This document shows positions 22,543 through 31,409 of a DNA stretch of 64,000 nucleotides, one piece after another. Numbering within the stretch: position 1 is the first letter of the stretch; every line of letters begins with the position of its first letter. The translations under genes and the position numbers were made by a program. The notes under the pieces were generated by a model. That model did no database searches and was not told where the DNA came from. It saw only the letters and a list, made by a program, of their open reading frames with translations. The DNA is from Bacteroidales bacterium. GTDB lineage: Bacteria > Bacteroidota > Bacteroidia > Bacteroidales > WCHB1-69. The stretch is taken from contig JAISUP010000008.1 in assembly GCA_031272025.1 (NCBI GenBank), forward strand, positions 654 through 64,653, given 5' to 3'.

Positions 22543-23148
22543 TCATGTTTCATTCTCATGATACTGTGCATTAATGGTTTCAATATAATTCAGTATCTCA
22601 TCGCGACCGGCTGTGGTACGGGCAGAGGAAATAAAAAATTCAGGCAATTCTTCCCATGTCTCCAACAACCTATGCCGGAAAAGGTCTACATGTGTCGCGA
22701 CTTTTTCTTTCCCTAATTTATCACTTTTGGTAAAAATAATCGCGTAAGGTACTCCCATCTCTCCCAAGTTATTGATAAATTCCAAATCTTTACTTTGTGG
22801 CTCTAAGCGTGAATCTATCAAGACAAAGACGAGTTGCAGATTTTCGCGATTGATAAGGTACTCTTCTATCATACGTACCCACATCTCGCGCATAGTCTTA
22901 GAAATAGTGGCATAACCATAACCCGGTAAATCCACGAGATACCATTGACCATCGACCAAAAAATGATTGATAGTTTGTGTCTTTCCCGGTTTAGAAGATG
23001 TCTTTGCCAATCCTTTCCTTTTTGCCAACATATTTATTAAGGACGATTTGCCCACGTTAGAACGCCCAATGAAAGCATATTCCGGCAAGGATTGCGACGG
23101 GCACTTCTTCCAATGGTCAACACTTTGGATAAATTCAACCTTTTTCAT
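22543..23148 (-). CDS. engB: ribosome-biogenesis GTPase YihA/YsxC
   Basis: GRSNVGKSSLIN (G1), DLPGYG (G3) and TKSDK (G4). I chose the ATG at 23148 because the long upstream extension in the track is low complexity and contains the promoter box. Confidence 0.85.
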   Translation of the reverse strand: MKKVEFIQSVDHWKKCPSQSLPEYAFIGRSNVGKSSLINMLAKRKGLAKTSSKPGKTQTINHFLVDGQWYLVDLPGYGYATISKTMREMWVRMIEEYLINRENLQLVFVLIDSRLEPQSKDLEFINNLGEMGVPYAIIFTKSDKLGKEKVATHVDLFRHRLLETWEELPEFFISSARTTAGRDEILNYIETINAQYHENET

Positions 23149-23166
23149 TTGCAAATAATTGGGGTG

Positions 23167-23174
23167 CAAATATA
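23167..23174 (-). promoter_or_regulatory. -7 promoter box TAtaTTTG(CA)
   Basis: 18 nt upstream of the engB ATG. Confidence 0.5.
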
Positions 23175-23203
23175 AGATTTTTTTTTTACATGGACAAAAA
23201 AAA

Positions 23204-25906
23204 TTATTTTTTTTCCAAATAAAATTTTTCAAAAAAATCTTTATATGCAGGTCTATCCGCTGTCGTGTTATAATACGTGGTATAATTTGTTGCCGCGATA
23301 GCATAAATAACGAGAGAGCCATCGCGCACTAACTCCTTAAAATAGTCGTTTCCTGATATGGCATGATAATAATCCATAGATTTATCTTTCCCGTTAAATT
23401 TGGAAACGGTGATCATCTGTTCGTTCTTGCTAATATAAAAACTGTTGACATTGAATTTTTGAAGACTAAAATACTTGGCATTAAAGTTGCTCACTTTGTT
23501 TTTCACGTCCATCACGGCAAGTTTGTCCACGTTAAGAATAAGAATAATGTAGTGCATTTCTAAGGGGTGATTTTCAAAACTGCCTATCATGTTCATAGTT
23601 TCCCCGCTTTTGCCCGAGGGAAAGTCCATGCTACTTGTCCCTGTTTCTCGCGATAATTGTTGATTTTTTGGGGATGGAGGGAGTGTGCTAAGATAAATTT
23701 CTGCCAATGTCGCGACAGGGAGACCTTCGTAATCGGTTTTCAACTGTTTTAAGTGGGCACGTAAGGTGTCGGTGCCCATCTGTTGACCCAATGCCACAGT
23801 CCTCAAATAGTCGTACTTAGACTTTAAAACTATATCGGGGCATACTTGTATTGCATCGGTAGACATCGCTATTACCGTACTCCATTGCTTGTTCGTGTAT
23901 GCCTCATAGACTGTTTCGTAACGAAGAGTCAGTTCTTGCTCTTTCTCCGCGATCTTCTTAAAATAATCGGGGTCTTTGATAATCTGCGCGTATTCGCTAT
24001 CGGGATATTTACTCAATATCTGCTCTTTATATATCAATGCTTTAGCATTTTCCATGCTTTGATAATTTCGATAAAGCATGTATAAAGACGGCAAACACAA
24101 GTCATTGTCGGGATAACGGGCAACCAATTTCTCGAAAGTCTCGCAGGCATGTTTCAAGTCTTTCAACTGGTCGGTATATATCATACCCGCTTGATACATT
24201 GCATTGATTACCATTTTATTGGATGAGTCCATTGCCGCGGGGGTAAGTGGCAAATCTTGGGTATAATAGGCGGGTTTTTTAGGGTCGCTTTCTCTGGGGA
24301 CAATAGGGTTCCCGTCCTCGTCATATTCCACGCTATCGGTTTTGTTGGTGGCATTAGGGTCGTTCATCGCCGAAAGTTCGTCAAAAGAAATCTGTTGTTT
24401 GTTGCTTATACGCCAGTTATCTTCCAACTTCCGATTTCCCCAATAACGATAAAATTCTGTCATACCGGAAGTTACTAATGATTGGTTATAAAAATACCAT
24501 TTCCCGTTAGAGGATTGTGTATTGATATTAGCCATTCCCGCGGTGCTGGCAAGAGCAGCCATACGATTGGCTTCTTCTTCTTGTGCTTTACGCTCGGCTT
24601 CGGTATAAGCGGCAATCATTTTTTGCACCCATTGGTTACGCTCGGCATCGCTCATCTTAGCAATTCGTTGCAAACTATCCTGTTCGGTTACGACATTTAA
24701 ATTTTCTACTAACGAGCGTAACACATTGCCTTTCTCTATCACGGCTTCCCTCCCGGGATAATTGCCCGGTAACGACAACGTTGCCGTGTCGTAATATGCT
24801 TGTGCTTCAATGTATTGCTCTTGATTAAATAAAAGGTCTCCTAATTTTACCGAAGAAAATGTCCTTTGATAATCATTATCTTGATACGAGGCGACCGAAA
24901 GGACCAGATTTTTTATCACGTCTGACGTGTCTTCGTCTATTTCTCCCATTTTTGCCATAGCATAATAAATCTGGTCTTTGTAGTTTAAGTTTTTCTTTTC
25001 TTCAAGCATACGGTGTAATGCTTTTAAGATTTTACCTTTCGAGGCGGCGGTACCGTCATAATTTGTAGCGAGATGCATTACCGCGCTAAATTCCATATCA
25101 TAAGGAGGTGTGCGTCCAATAACTTTTTGAAAACAACGACGTGCTTCCGGAAAATGCTCCGTGTTTTCGTACAATTGTCCTAAAATAAAATATAGTCGTG
25201 TTTTAAAAGCACGTTTTGGGTGATTGCGAATGGCTTCTTGTATATAATCTATCGCCACAGAGATGTCCCCGTCAGGCGCGGTCAATTGATACTCGGCTGC
25301 CGCCGCGTGATACATCGCTTTTAACTTGGGCGACTTCTTTTTCATCAACTCGTATTGTATCTCGTCAAGAGAAGCCAACGCGGTAGAATAATACCCTAAA
25401 CGGATATTGGTACGCACGTTCCATATCATGGCTTCTTCTCTGCAATTCCATTTCTTTTCCTTATAAGTGCTTGACATATAATTAAATATACGCAATGCCT
25501 GCCGATATTCTTGTTTGTAAAAATAGGCTTTTCCCATGAGCAGGTAGGTGTCGTCCATCGTGCGCACGTACTCCTTGCCCCGAAACATCATAGAATGTTT
25601 GTAAATAGACTTCGAGGCTTTGGTAATAGCCAAATCCAAAGAAGGATATGCCGAAGACAAATCGCTCTTCGCGGGATAGTAATAAATCGGCAACGTAGCG
25701 ATATAATTATCTTTGTTTTTCTTGGCTAATTCGGCTTCACCCTCTTTCAATGCCTCTCGCGCGTTAAAGTTCACGTTATACGTAGATACCACCGTATGAT
25801 ACGCCCTATTGATAGGCGTGTTCTTGCGCGTGGAGCACGACAAAACAAAAAATACACCCGACAAAAGCAGGCAACTAAAATAAAAGGTCTTAGCAAGTCG
25901 TTTCAA
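23204..25906 (-). CDS. porW: TPR-repeat outer-membrane lipoprotein, PorW/SprE-like T9SS component
   Basis: Lipobox VLSCSTRKN followed by INRAYHTVVSTYNVNFNAREAL, as in SprE/PorW N-termini. 900 aa with TPR-like repeats throughout. The start codon is TTG. Confidence 0.6.
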   Translation of the reverse strand: MKRLAKTFYFSCLLLSGVFFVLSCSTRKNTPINRAYHTVVSTYNVNFNAREALKEGEAELAKKNKDNYIATLPIYYYPAKSDLSSAYPSLDLAITKASKSIYKHSMMFRGKEYVRTMDDTYLLMGKAYFYKQEYRQALRIFNYMSSTYKEKKWNCREEAMIWNVRTNIRLGYYSTALASLDEIQYELMKKKSPKLKAMYHAAAAEYQLTAPDGDISVAIDYIQEAIRNHPKRAFKTRLYFILGQLYENTEHFPEARRCFQKVIGRTPPYDMEFSAVMHLATNYDGTAASKGKILKALHRMLEEKKNLNYKDQIYYAMAKMGEIDEDTSDVIKNLVLSVASYQDNDYQRTFSSVKLGDLLFNQEQYIEAQAYYDTATLSLPGNYPGREAVIEKGNVLRSLVENLNVVTEQDSLQRIAKMSDAERNQWVQKMIAAYTEAERKAQEEEANRMAALASTAGMANINTQSSNGKWYFYNQSLVTSGMTEFYRYWGNRKLEDNWRISNKQQISFDELSAMNDPNATNKTDSVEYDEDGNPIVPRESDPKKPAYYTQDLPLTPAAMDSSNKMVINAMYQAGMIYTDQLKDLKHACETFEKLVARYPDNDLCLPSLYMLYRNYQSMENAKALIYKEQILSKYPDSEYAQIIKDPDYFKKIAEKEQELTLRYETVYEAYTNKQWSTVIAMSTDAIQVCPDIVLKSKYDYLRTVALGQQMGTDTLRAHLKQLKTDYEGLPVATLAEIYLSTLPPSPKNQQLSRETGTSSMDFPSGKSGETMNMIGSFENHPLEMHYIILILNVDKLAVMDVKNKVSNFNAKYFSLQKFNVNSFYISKNEQMITVSKFNGKDKSMDYYHAISGNDYFKELVRDGSLVIYAIAATNYTTYYNTTADRPAYKDFFEKFYLEKK

Positions 25907-25981
25907 AATTGCAATTCTTTATACGTACATAACACTAATAAAAATTAACGTACAATCGCTTATTTTATTGTATTACCTTTA

Positions 25982-27256
25982 TCACGATTTTAAAATAATG
26001 CCGGCAATATCGCATGATAAGCAACGTTTGGACTGACAATAATGACTATGCAACTCCAAAATGGCTTGCGAATATAATGCCCCCTTGTCGGGAAAACCTG
26101 CCTCCCTATATTTTTTAGTAATATTATTTTCTTCGAAATCAAGATTTTCGAGTAATTGCAACGCGTATTCTTCCACATTTTCATTCCCATGAAAACGTGA
26201 ATACGCCATCAAAATCGTGATTACTGTATTGATAATGAGCAATTGTACGGTACTTTTACCTATCGCCGCCGAACGCGCTCGCGTACATTTGCCAAAATAA
26301 TAATGCGTTTCCCAATACTCGTGAGGCGTACACGCCAATAATTTCTCCGGGAGATGTCTGTCCCTGTTTTGCACTATCATTTGAAAAAGAGAAGGATAAC
26401 GATGCAATATCTCGCTAAATTGGGCTAAGCGTATGCAAGGAAAATTACGCGGGTGCAAACGCAAATAGTTCCAACGGTCAACACCCATCGGAATAAGTCC
26501 ATATTTTTGTTTAAGATATTGATATTCATACTGCAAACTTTTATAATAAGAATCAGTATAGTCTTCTTCTAACATGCCTGCCTGCCCAAAAATGAGCGCG
26601 TAGGTTTGATAGCGAGAATTCGCGTGTCGAGATACGATTTTATAGGGCAAACTTCTCGCCAATAGTTCAAAAGCAGAAGCGTTGGTTTTGAAGCCAAAAT
26701 TGATGGCTAATGTACGAAAGAAAGCCTCTTCCCAGTCGCCTTTGCAATTTTCTACTTGTGTCAATATTGTTTTCAATTTTCGCGACAACCGTTCCATAAC
26801 TTTTCCTGATAATAAAGCCGCGAACTGCAACGAAGTTACTCGATGCAACTGATCGCGACACGGTAAAGTGTCCTTGGCGCGTGTTAAACTCGCGTATGCT
26901 TCTATGGTTTTGTCCGCGATGTATTGTTTTAACGCGAGCGTAGGCATTGCCTCTTTGTTTTCCATGCTAATGTCGATATCGTGTTCAAATACCACATGCA
27001 AAACTACCGTGCGGTAGCGGGCATCTTGCTGATGACCATGCTTGAGCCAATCGGAACTGCGCACGTGTATTTCTACATTACCTGCCCACGTGATATGATC
27101 TATTTGAATAATCGCTTCTTTAAAATCAGGACCGGCATCCTGATGCGGGTAGCCGGGATGAATAACTTTTATCTCCTGACCGGAAATGGTTTGCAATCGA
27201 GTAAATTGATAGAGACGATGCCTCCACACATGATGTAAAAATGCTTCTGTTATCAT
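25982..27256 (-). CDS. DUF2851 family protein
   Basis: The N-terminus MITEAFLHHVWRHRLY is typical of DUF2851. The ATG at 27256 lies 31 nt downstream of a promoter box. Confidence 0.65.
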   Translation of the reverse strand: MITEAFLHHVWRHRLYQFTRLQTISGQEIKVIHPGYPHQDAGPDFKEAIIQIDHITWAGNVEIHVRSSDWLKHGHQQDARYRTVVLHVVFEHDIDISMENKEAMPTLALKQYIADKTIEAYASLTRAKDTLPCRDQLHRVTSLQFAALLSGKVMERLSRKLKTILTQVENCKGDWEEAFFRTLAINFGFKTNASAFELLARSLPYKIVSRHANSRYQTYALIFGQAGMLEEDYTDSYYKSLQYEYQYLKQKYGLIPMGVDRWNYLRLHPRNFPCIRLAQFSEILHRYPSLFQMIVQNRDRHLPEKLLACTPHEYWETHYYFGKCTRARSAAIGKSTVQLLIINTVITILMAYSRFHGNENVEEYALQLLENLDFEENNITKKYREAGFPDKGALYSQAILELHSHYCQSKRCLSCDIAGIILKS

Positions 27257-27287
27257 ATCGTTTGTTCGTTTAGTTTGTATCACGCCG

Positions 27288-27295
27288 CGAAAGTA
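27288..27295 (-). promoter_or_regulatory. -7 promoter box, TTCGCG variant (TActTTCGCG)
   Basis: 31 nt upstream of the ATG at 27256. Confidence 0.45.
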
Positions 27296-27356
27296 CAAAA
27301 AAGTTTTTATCTATCATATAACAATTAAAAGGTATCGTTGTTTTCATTTTTTTTTG

Positions 27357-27364
27357 TATCTTTG
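27357..27364 (+). promoter_or_regulatory. -7 promoter box TAtcTTTG(CA) for the tRNA pair
   Basis: TATCTTTGCAACC lies 34 nt upstream of tRNA-Leu and is preceded by a T-rich tract. Confidence 0.55.
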
Positions 27365-27398
27365 CAACCCGTTTTCGGGAGACTGAAAAAAGGGCGAT

Positions 27399-27482
27399 GC
27401 CTTGGTGGTGGAATGGTAGACACGAGGGACTTAAAATCCCTTGATCATCGCGATCGTGCGGGTTCAAGTCCCGCCCAAGGTA
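27399..27482 (+). tRNA. tRNA-Leu (anticodon TAA), class II with a long variable arm
   Basis: Folded by hand. Acceptor GCCTTGG/CCAAGGT, anticodon stem AGGGA/TCCCT with loop CTTAAAA, T-arm GCGGG TTCAAGT CCCGC. It is close to my recollection of the E. coli tRNA-Leu(UAA) sequence. CCA is not encoded. Confidence 0.9.
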
Positions 27483-27492
27483 CATGAAACAT

Positions 27493-27565
<73 letters not shown>

Positions 27566-27621
27566 CACGAGGTCTCATTTTTATTTTTTAGAAAAAACCT
27601 TCATCAAACGCGATAAATCCC

Positions 27622-28170
27622 ATGAAAAAAAAAATAAGTTATCTATGCCTTTTCGTGACTTTTTTGGGAATCATTGCTTGCCAACCCAAGCCTTCCATCC
27701 CTGATAGTCAACCTGCCCCGACAGAAAAGACTCAAAAATTTCCTGTAACAAACGCCACCACCTTGCCCGAAGAGGATTTAAGTGGGAATGTTGTGGTTAT
27801 CACAGAAGAGGATTTTATTATTCGTATAAGCGACATCAATAACCCCAAAGGATTTCAATACAAAGGCAATACCCCTTGTGTAGTGGATTTTTATGCAAAT
27901 TGGTGTCGTCCTTGTGTTTCGATGAACCCTATTATCATAGAATTGGCTAAAAATTACGCGGGACAAGTGATCTTTTACAAGATAAATGCAGAAAAAGCTC
28001 AACGGGCGTTTTCCGCGTTAGGGGCAGAATATTTGCCTACCTTTTTTCTATTTAAGAAAAATGCTATGCCGGTAAAAATAGAAGGGGCACTCCCGAAAGA
28101 AGACTTCATGAAAGCCATTGAGGAGACATTACTTTATTCATCAACGCATAAAGATAGCAAGGAGAATTAA
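27622..28170 (+). CDS. thioredoxin-family lipoprotein
   Basis: Lipobox LGIIAC and a thioredoxin fold with FYANWCRPC. Confidence 0.8.
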   Translation: MKKKISYLCLFVTFLGIIACQPKPSIPDSQPAPTEKTQKFPVTNATTLPEEDLSGNVVVITEEDFIIRISDINNPKGFQYKGNTPCVVDFYANWCRPCVSMNPIIIELAKNYAGQVIFYKINAEKAQRAFSALGAEYLPTFFLFKKNAMPVKIEGALPKEDFMKAIEETLLYSSTHKDSKEN

Positions 28171-28173
28171 CTT

Positions 28174-29355
28174 GTGTATAAATGGTTGAAAATATGCAGT
28201 ATATTCTTCTTGTGTGAAATGTATTTCTGCATACATGCCCAAGAACCTGTAGATTGCGCGAAAATACGTCAATCGTTAGAAACATGGAAATCCAAAGTAT
28301 TGGCACTCAACCCGCGTGACCCTGAACTTATTCCTTTACATTATCTGCTCGTGTTAGACTATCAGCGAGAAATGCAACAATTTGACCAAAAATACCTACC
28401 TGTCTTGTCTCGATGTTCCACGCTTAACTATCACGAAACGATAGCCGAATTTGATTGGATACACTATCTTTGTCGCCTAAAAATGGATTCCCTTACCCGC
28501 GTAAGTGCCCGCGTGGATTCTCTGTTTTATGAAACTGCCCTGCGTGAAGTCCGGTTCGATAACAAGAATAATGCCTTGTATTTTTTAGACCGTGCATTGC
28601 AATATAACCCTGTTTACCCCGATGCTCTCTTGGAAAAGTGGACCTTATTGTTAGAAAATAAAGAATATGACGAGTGCATGGATATTTTACAAATTCTGTA
28701 TCACGAGTGCGTGTTGTCGCGACAGCACGAAGAGCGTGTGTCCGCTTGCACCATACGCTTTTATGATGTTTTGTACCGCGAAGCCGATTCGCTTACCAAA
28801 GTCGACCTCTTCTCCGATGCCCTTACCCTATTTCAAAAGTTAGAAGTCTTTTGTCAAAATATGCCATCAGGATATTGCAACGATGATTATTATCATGGAA
28901 TTTTACGTTCAAAAAGTGGGGTGTATGAATCTTACGTGCGGGTAGCAAGGGCATCGCGTGAAAGGGGTAACATGGAAATGGAACGTCGTTTTTTAGACTA
29001 CGCGGAAAAATACATGGAAGAAAATGCCCGCGATTTCACAAGCCCCGCAGGCAAATACTCGCGAGTAGAATTACCTGATTTAGAAAATAAAACGGGAACG
29101 CAAGATACCATAAATACTTTTCTATCCCTTCCCGTCCCCGATACGCCCACGAAAAAAGGAAAAAGCCCGGAAGACATGAACAAAGAATATTTGTCGCTCT
29201 TGACAGAAGCCATCTCGCATTGTATCCGCGAAAACATTTCTGCGGCATACGATGCTTTGAAAAAAGCCAAAGAAATGGAAAACTGCAATTGTTTTCCCCC
29301 CGACCCGAGGGTGCAACAACTATACGAATCTATTCAAGAGATAATCAAAAAATAG
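28174..29355 (+). CDS. hypothetical exported helical-repeat protein
   Basis: GTG start 3 nt after the thioredoxin stop, with a hydrophobic N-terminus. The protein is helical and TPR-like (e.g. ALYFLDRALQYNPVYPDALLE). No catalytic motif was recognised. Confidence 0.5.
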   Translation: MYKWLKICSIFFLCEMYFCIHAQEPVDCAKIRQSLETWKSKVLALNPRDPELIPLHYLLVLDYQREMQQFDQKYLPVLSRCSTLNYHETIAEFDWIHYLCRLKMDSLTRVSARVDSLFYETALREVRFDNKNNALYFLDRALQYNPVYPDALLEKWTLLLENKEYDECMDILQILYHECVLSRQHEERVSACTIRFYDVLYREADSLTKVDLFSDALTLFQKLEVFCQNMPSGYCNDDYYHGILRSKSGVYESYVRVARASRERGNMEMERRFLDYAEKYMEENARDFTSPAGKYSRVELPDLENKTGTQDTINTFLSLPVPDTPTKKGKSPEDMNKEYLSLLTEAISHCIRENISAAYDALKKAKEMENCNCFPPDPRVQQLYESIQEIIKK

Positions 29356-29411
29356 CCTGATTTTCTATGGGAAAACGTCGGGTAGTTTTTTTGGGTTCAC
29401 GTCCCCCTTGT

Positions 29412-31178
29412 CTACCGGTACATGTTTTCAATCACTTCCGCGTATTGTTTCATTACCATATTGCGTTTTACTTTGAGCGTGGGAGTTAAAATGTCGGTAA
29501 GTTGAGACCACTCATCGGGAATGAGTACGAATTTTTTAATCTTTTCGTAGTCGCCGAAAAAGGCATTATATTTATCTACTTCTCTTTGAAAACGCTGGAT
29601 AATGTCGGGATTTTTCACGATGTCTTCAGGGGAAGTATAGGTCATGTTGTGTCGCGAGCACCAACCTTTCAGGAAAGCAAAATCGGGAGAAATGAGTGCT
29701 GTAGCAAATTTCTCGTTCTCACCCGCGACTACCATATTTTCTATGAAAGGCGATTCGCTGAATTTTTCTTCTATTGCCTGAGGGTTCACGTATTTTCCAA
29801 AAGAAGTTTTAAAGATATTTTTAAGACGTCCGGTAATCATAAGAGCACCATGCTCGTTAAATTTTCCCTGGTCCCCGGTATGGAACCACCCGTCTGCATC
29901 AATAACTTCTTGGGTAAGTTGGGGTTCTTTGTAATAGCCTAACATCACGTTATGACCTCGACAAAGGATTTCGCCTTTTTCGCCGATTTTGATTTCCACG
30001 CCCGGCAACGCGGGACCTACTGTCCCAGCCTCCCGTTGGTATTTTCCGCGGTTACTTACCGCGATAACAGGAGAGGTTTCGGTAAGCCCGTAGCCCTCGA
30101 AAATGGGCATCTTTATTGCAGAAAAAAAAGAAGCCAATCGCGGCTGTATGCTCGCCGCCCCCGACACCACAATGTCGAAATTACCACCTATGTTTTCCCG
30201 TATCTTACTATATATCAATTTATCAGCAATTTTCAACTTGCAATTATACCACATACCGCGTTCGCTATCTTCAATTTTGTACCTTTGCGCGAGTTTAATT
30301 GCCCAATAATAAATCATGCGCGAAACTCCTGTCAGACTTTTTCCTTTGCTGTAAATCTTGTCGAAGATTTTTTCTAACATCCGGGGTACCGCGCTCATCA
30401 TGGTAGGGTTCACTTCCTTAATATTGTCTCCAATCGTACCCAAATTTTGTGCATAATAAATAGACATCCCTAAATATTGATACAAGAATACCAACATGCG
30501 CTCGTAGGCATGACATAAAGGCAAAAAACTGAATGCAACACGAGAAGTTGGTGATGGAATATTCTCTAAATTAAAAAGTTGTCCTAAAATATTGCCATGC
30601 GAGAGCATCACGCCTTTGGGGGTGCCTGTGGTACCCGAAGTGTAGATTATGGTGGCACAGTCTCCGGTTTTGACTTGTGCCGACCGTGCTTGTAACTCAT
30701 CCGCGTGCGGGTGTTCCTTTCCCAAGTTGACCAACTGCTCTAAATAAGGAAATTTTTCTCTATTAATAAAAGTATAGACATATTTAAGATGCGATAAATT
30801 GGGCATAATATGCTCTATTTTATTCATCACATCTGCCCCTTCTACCACGATAAGTTTGGCTTCACAATGATTGAGAATATAAAGATAGTCTTTTTCGGAT
30901 ATGGTAGGATAGATAGGCACACTAATCGCGCCTGCTTGCATGATTGCCATGTCAAGAATATTCCACTCGGGACGATTCCCTGAAATAATGCCTACTTTTT
31001 CCCCGGGTTGTATTCCCAATTCTATTAAGGCATAACTTATTTGCTTAGTGAGTTCAATATACTCTTTAATGCTATATTTACGCCATTCCCCGTTTTGTTT
31101 GCCCGCTAAGGCAACTTCCTGATTCGACCACCGCTCCTGGTAGCGGGTTAAAATGTCAAAAATTCTTTCTACTTGCAT
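29412..31178 (-). CDS. long-chain fatty acid-CoA ligase (AMP-forming)
   Basis: AMP-binding motif IIYTSGTTGTPKGV, plus GYGLTET and a TGDxG-type motif (WFHTGDQG). Confidence 0.85.
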   Translation of the reverse strand: MQVERIFDILTRYQERWSNQEVALAGKQNGEWRKYSIKEYIELTKQISYALIELGIQPGEKVGIISGNRPEWNILDMAIMQAGAISVPIYPTISEKDYLYILNHCEAKLIVVEGADVMNKIEHIMPNLSHLKYVYTFINREKFPYLEQLVNLGKEHPHADELQARSAQVKTGDCATIIYTSGTTGTPKGVMLSHGNILGQLFNLENIPSPTSRVAFSFLPLCHAYERMLVFLYQYLGMSIYYAQNLGTIGDNIKEVNPTMMSAVPRMLEKIFDKIYSKGKSLTGVSRMIYYWAIKLAQRYKIEDSERGMWYNCKLKIADKLIYSKIRENIGGNFDIVVSGAASIQPRLASFFSAIKMPIFEGYGLTETSPVIAVSNRGKYQREAGTVGPALPGVEIKIGEKGEILCRGHNVMLGYYKEPQLTQEVIDADGWFHTGDQGKFNEHGALMITGRLKNIFKTSFGKYVNPQAIEEKFSESPFIENMVVAGENEKFATALISPDFAFLKGWCSRHNMTYTSPEDIVKNPDIIQRFQREVDKYNAFFGDYEKIKKFVLIPDEWSQLTDILTPTLKVKRNMVMKQYAEVIENMYR

Positions 31179-31197
31179 GATTTTAATAATTGAATTG

Positions 31198-31205
31198 CAA
31201 AGATA
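31198..31205 (-). promoter_or_regulatory. -7 promoter box TAtcTTTG(CA)
   Basis: 19 nt upstream of the ATG at 31178. Confidence 0.5.
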
Positions 31206-31365
31206 ATGGCATTTTTATGTTTCACGAAAAAAAAGGGGTAAATACGATTACGCTTGGGACGAAAATCTATTTTTTTGGGGCGAAAGTTAAAAATACGGGG
31301 TAAAAGATACTCTCCCTTGCTGCTTTTTGCAAGCGACATGATAGGATACTTCTTAAAAAAATCGT

Positions 31366-31373
31366 TACCTTTG
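31366..31373 (+). promoter_or_regulatory. -7 promoter box TAccTTTG(CA)
   Basis: 36 nt upstream of the ATG at 31410. Confidence 0.5.
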
Positions 31374-31409
31374 CAGTCCGGTTTTTCAAATATAAAATAT
31401 AATAATAAT

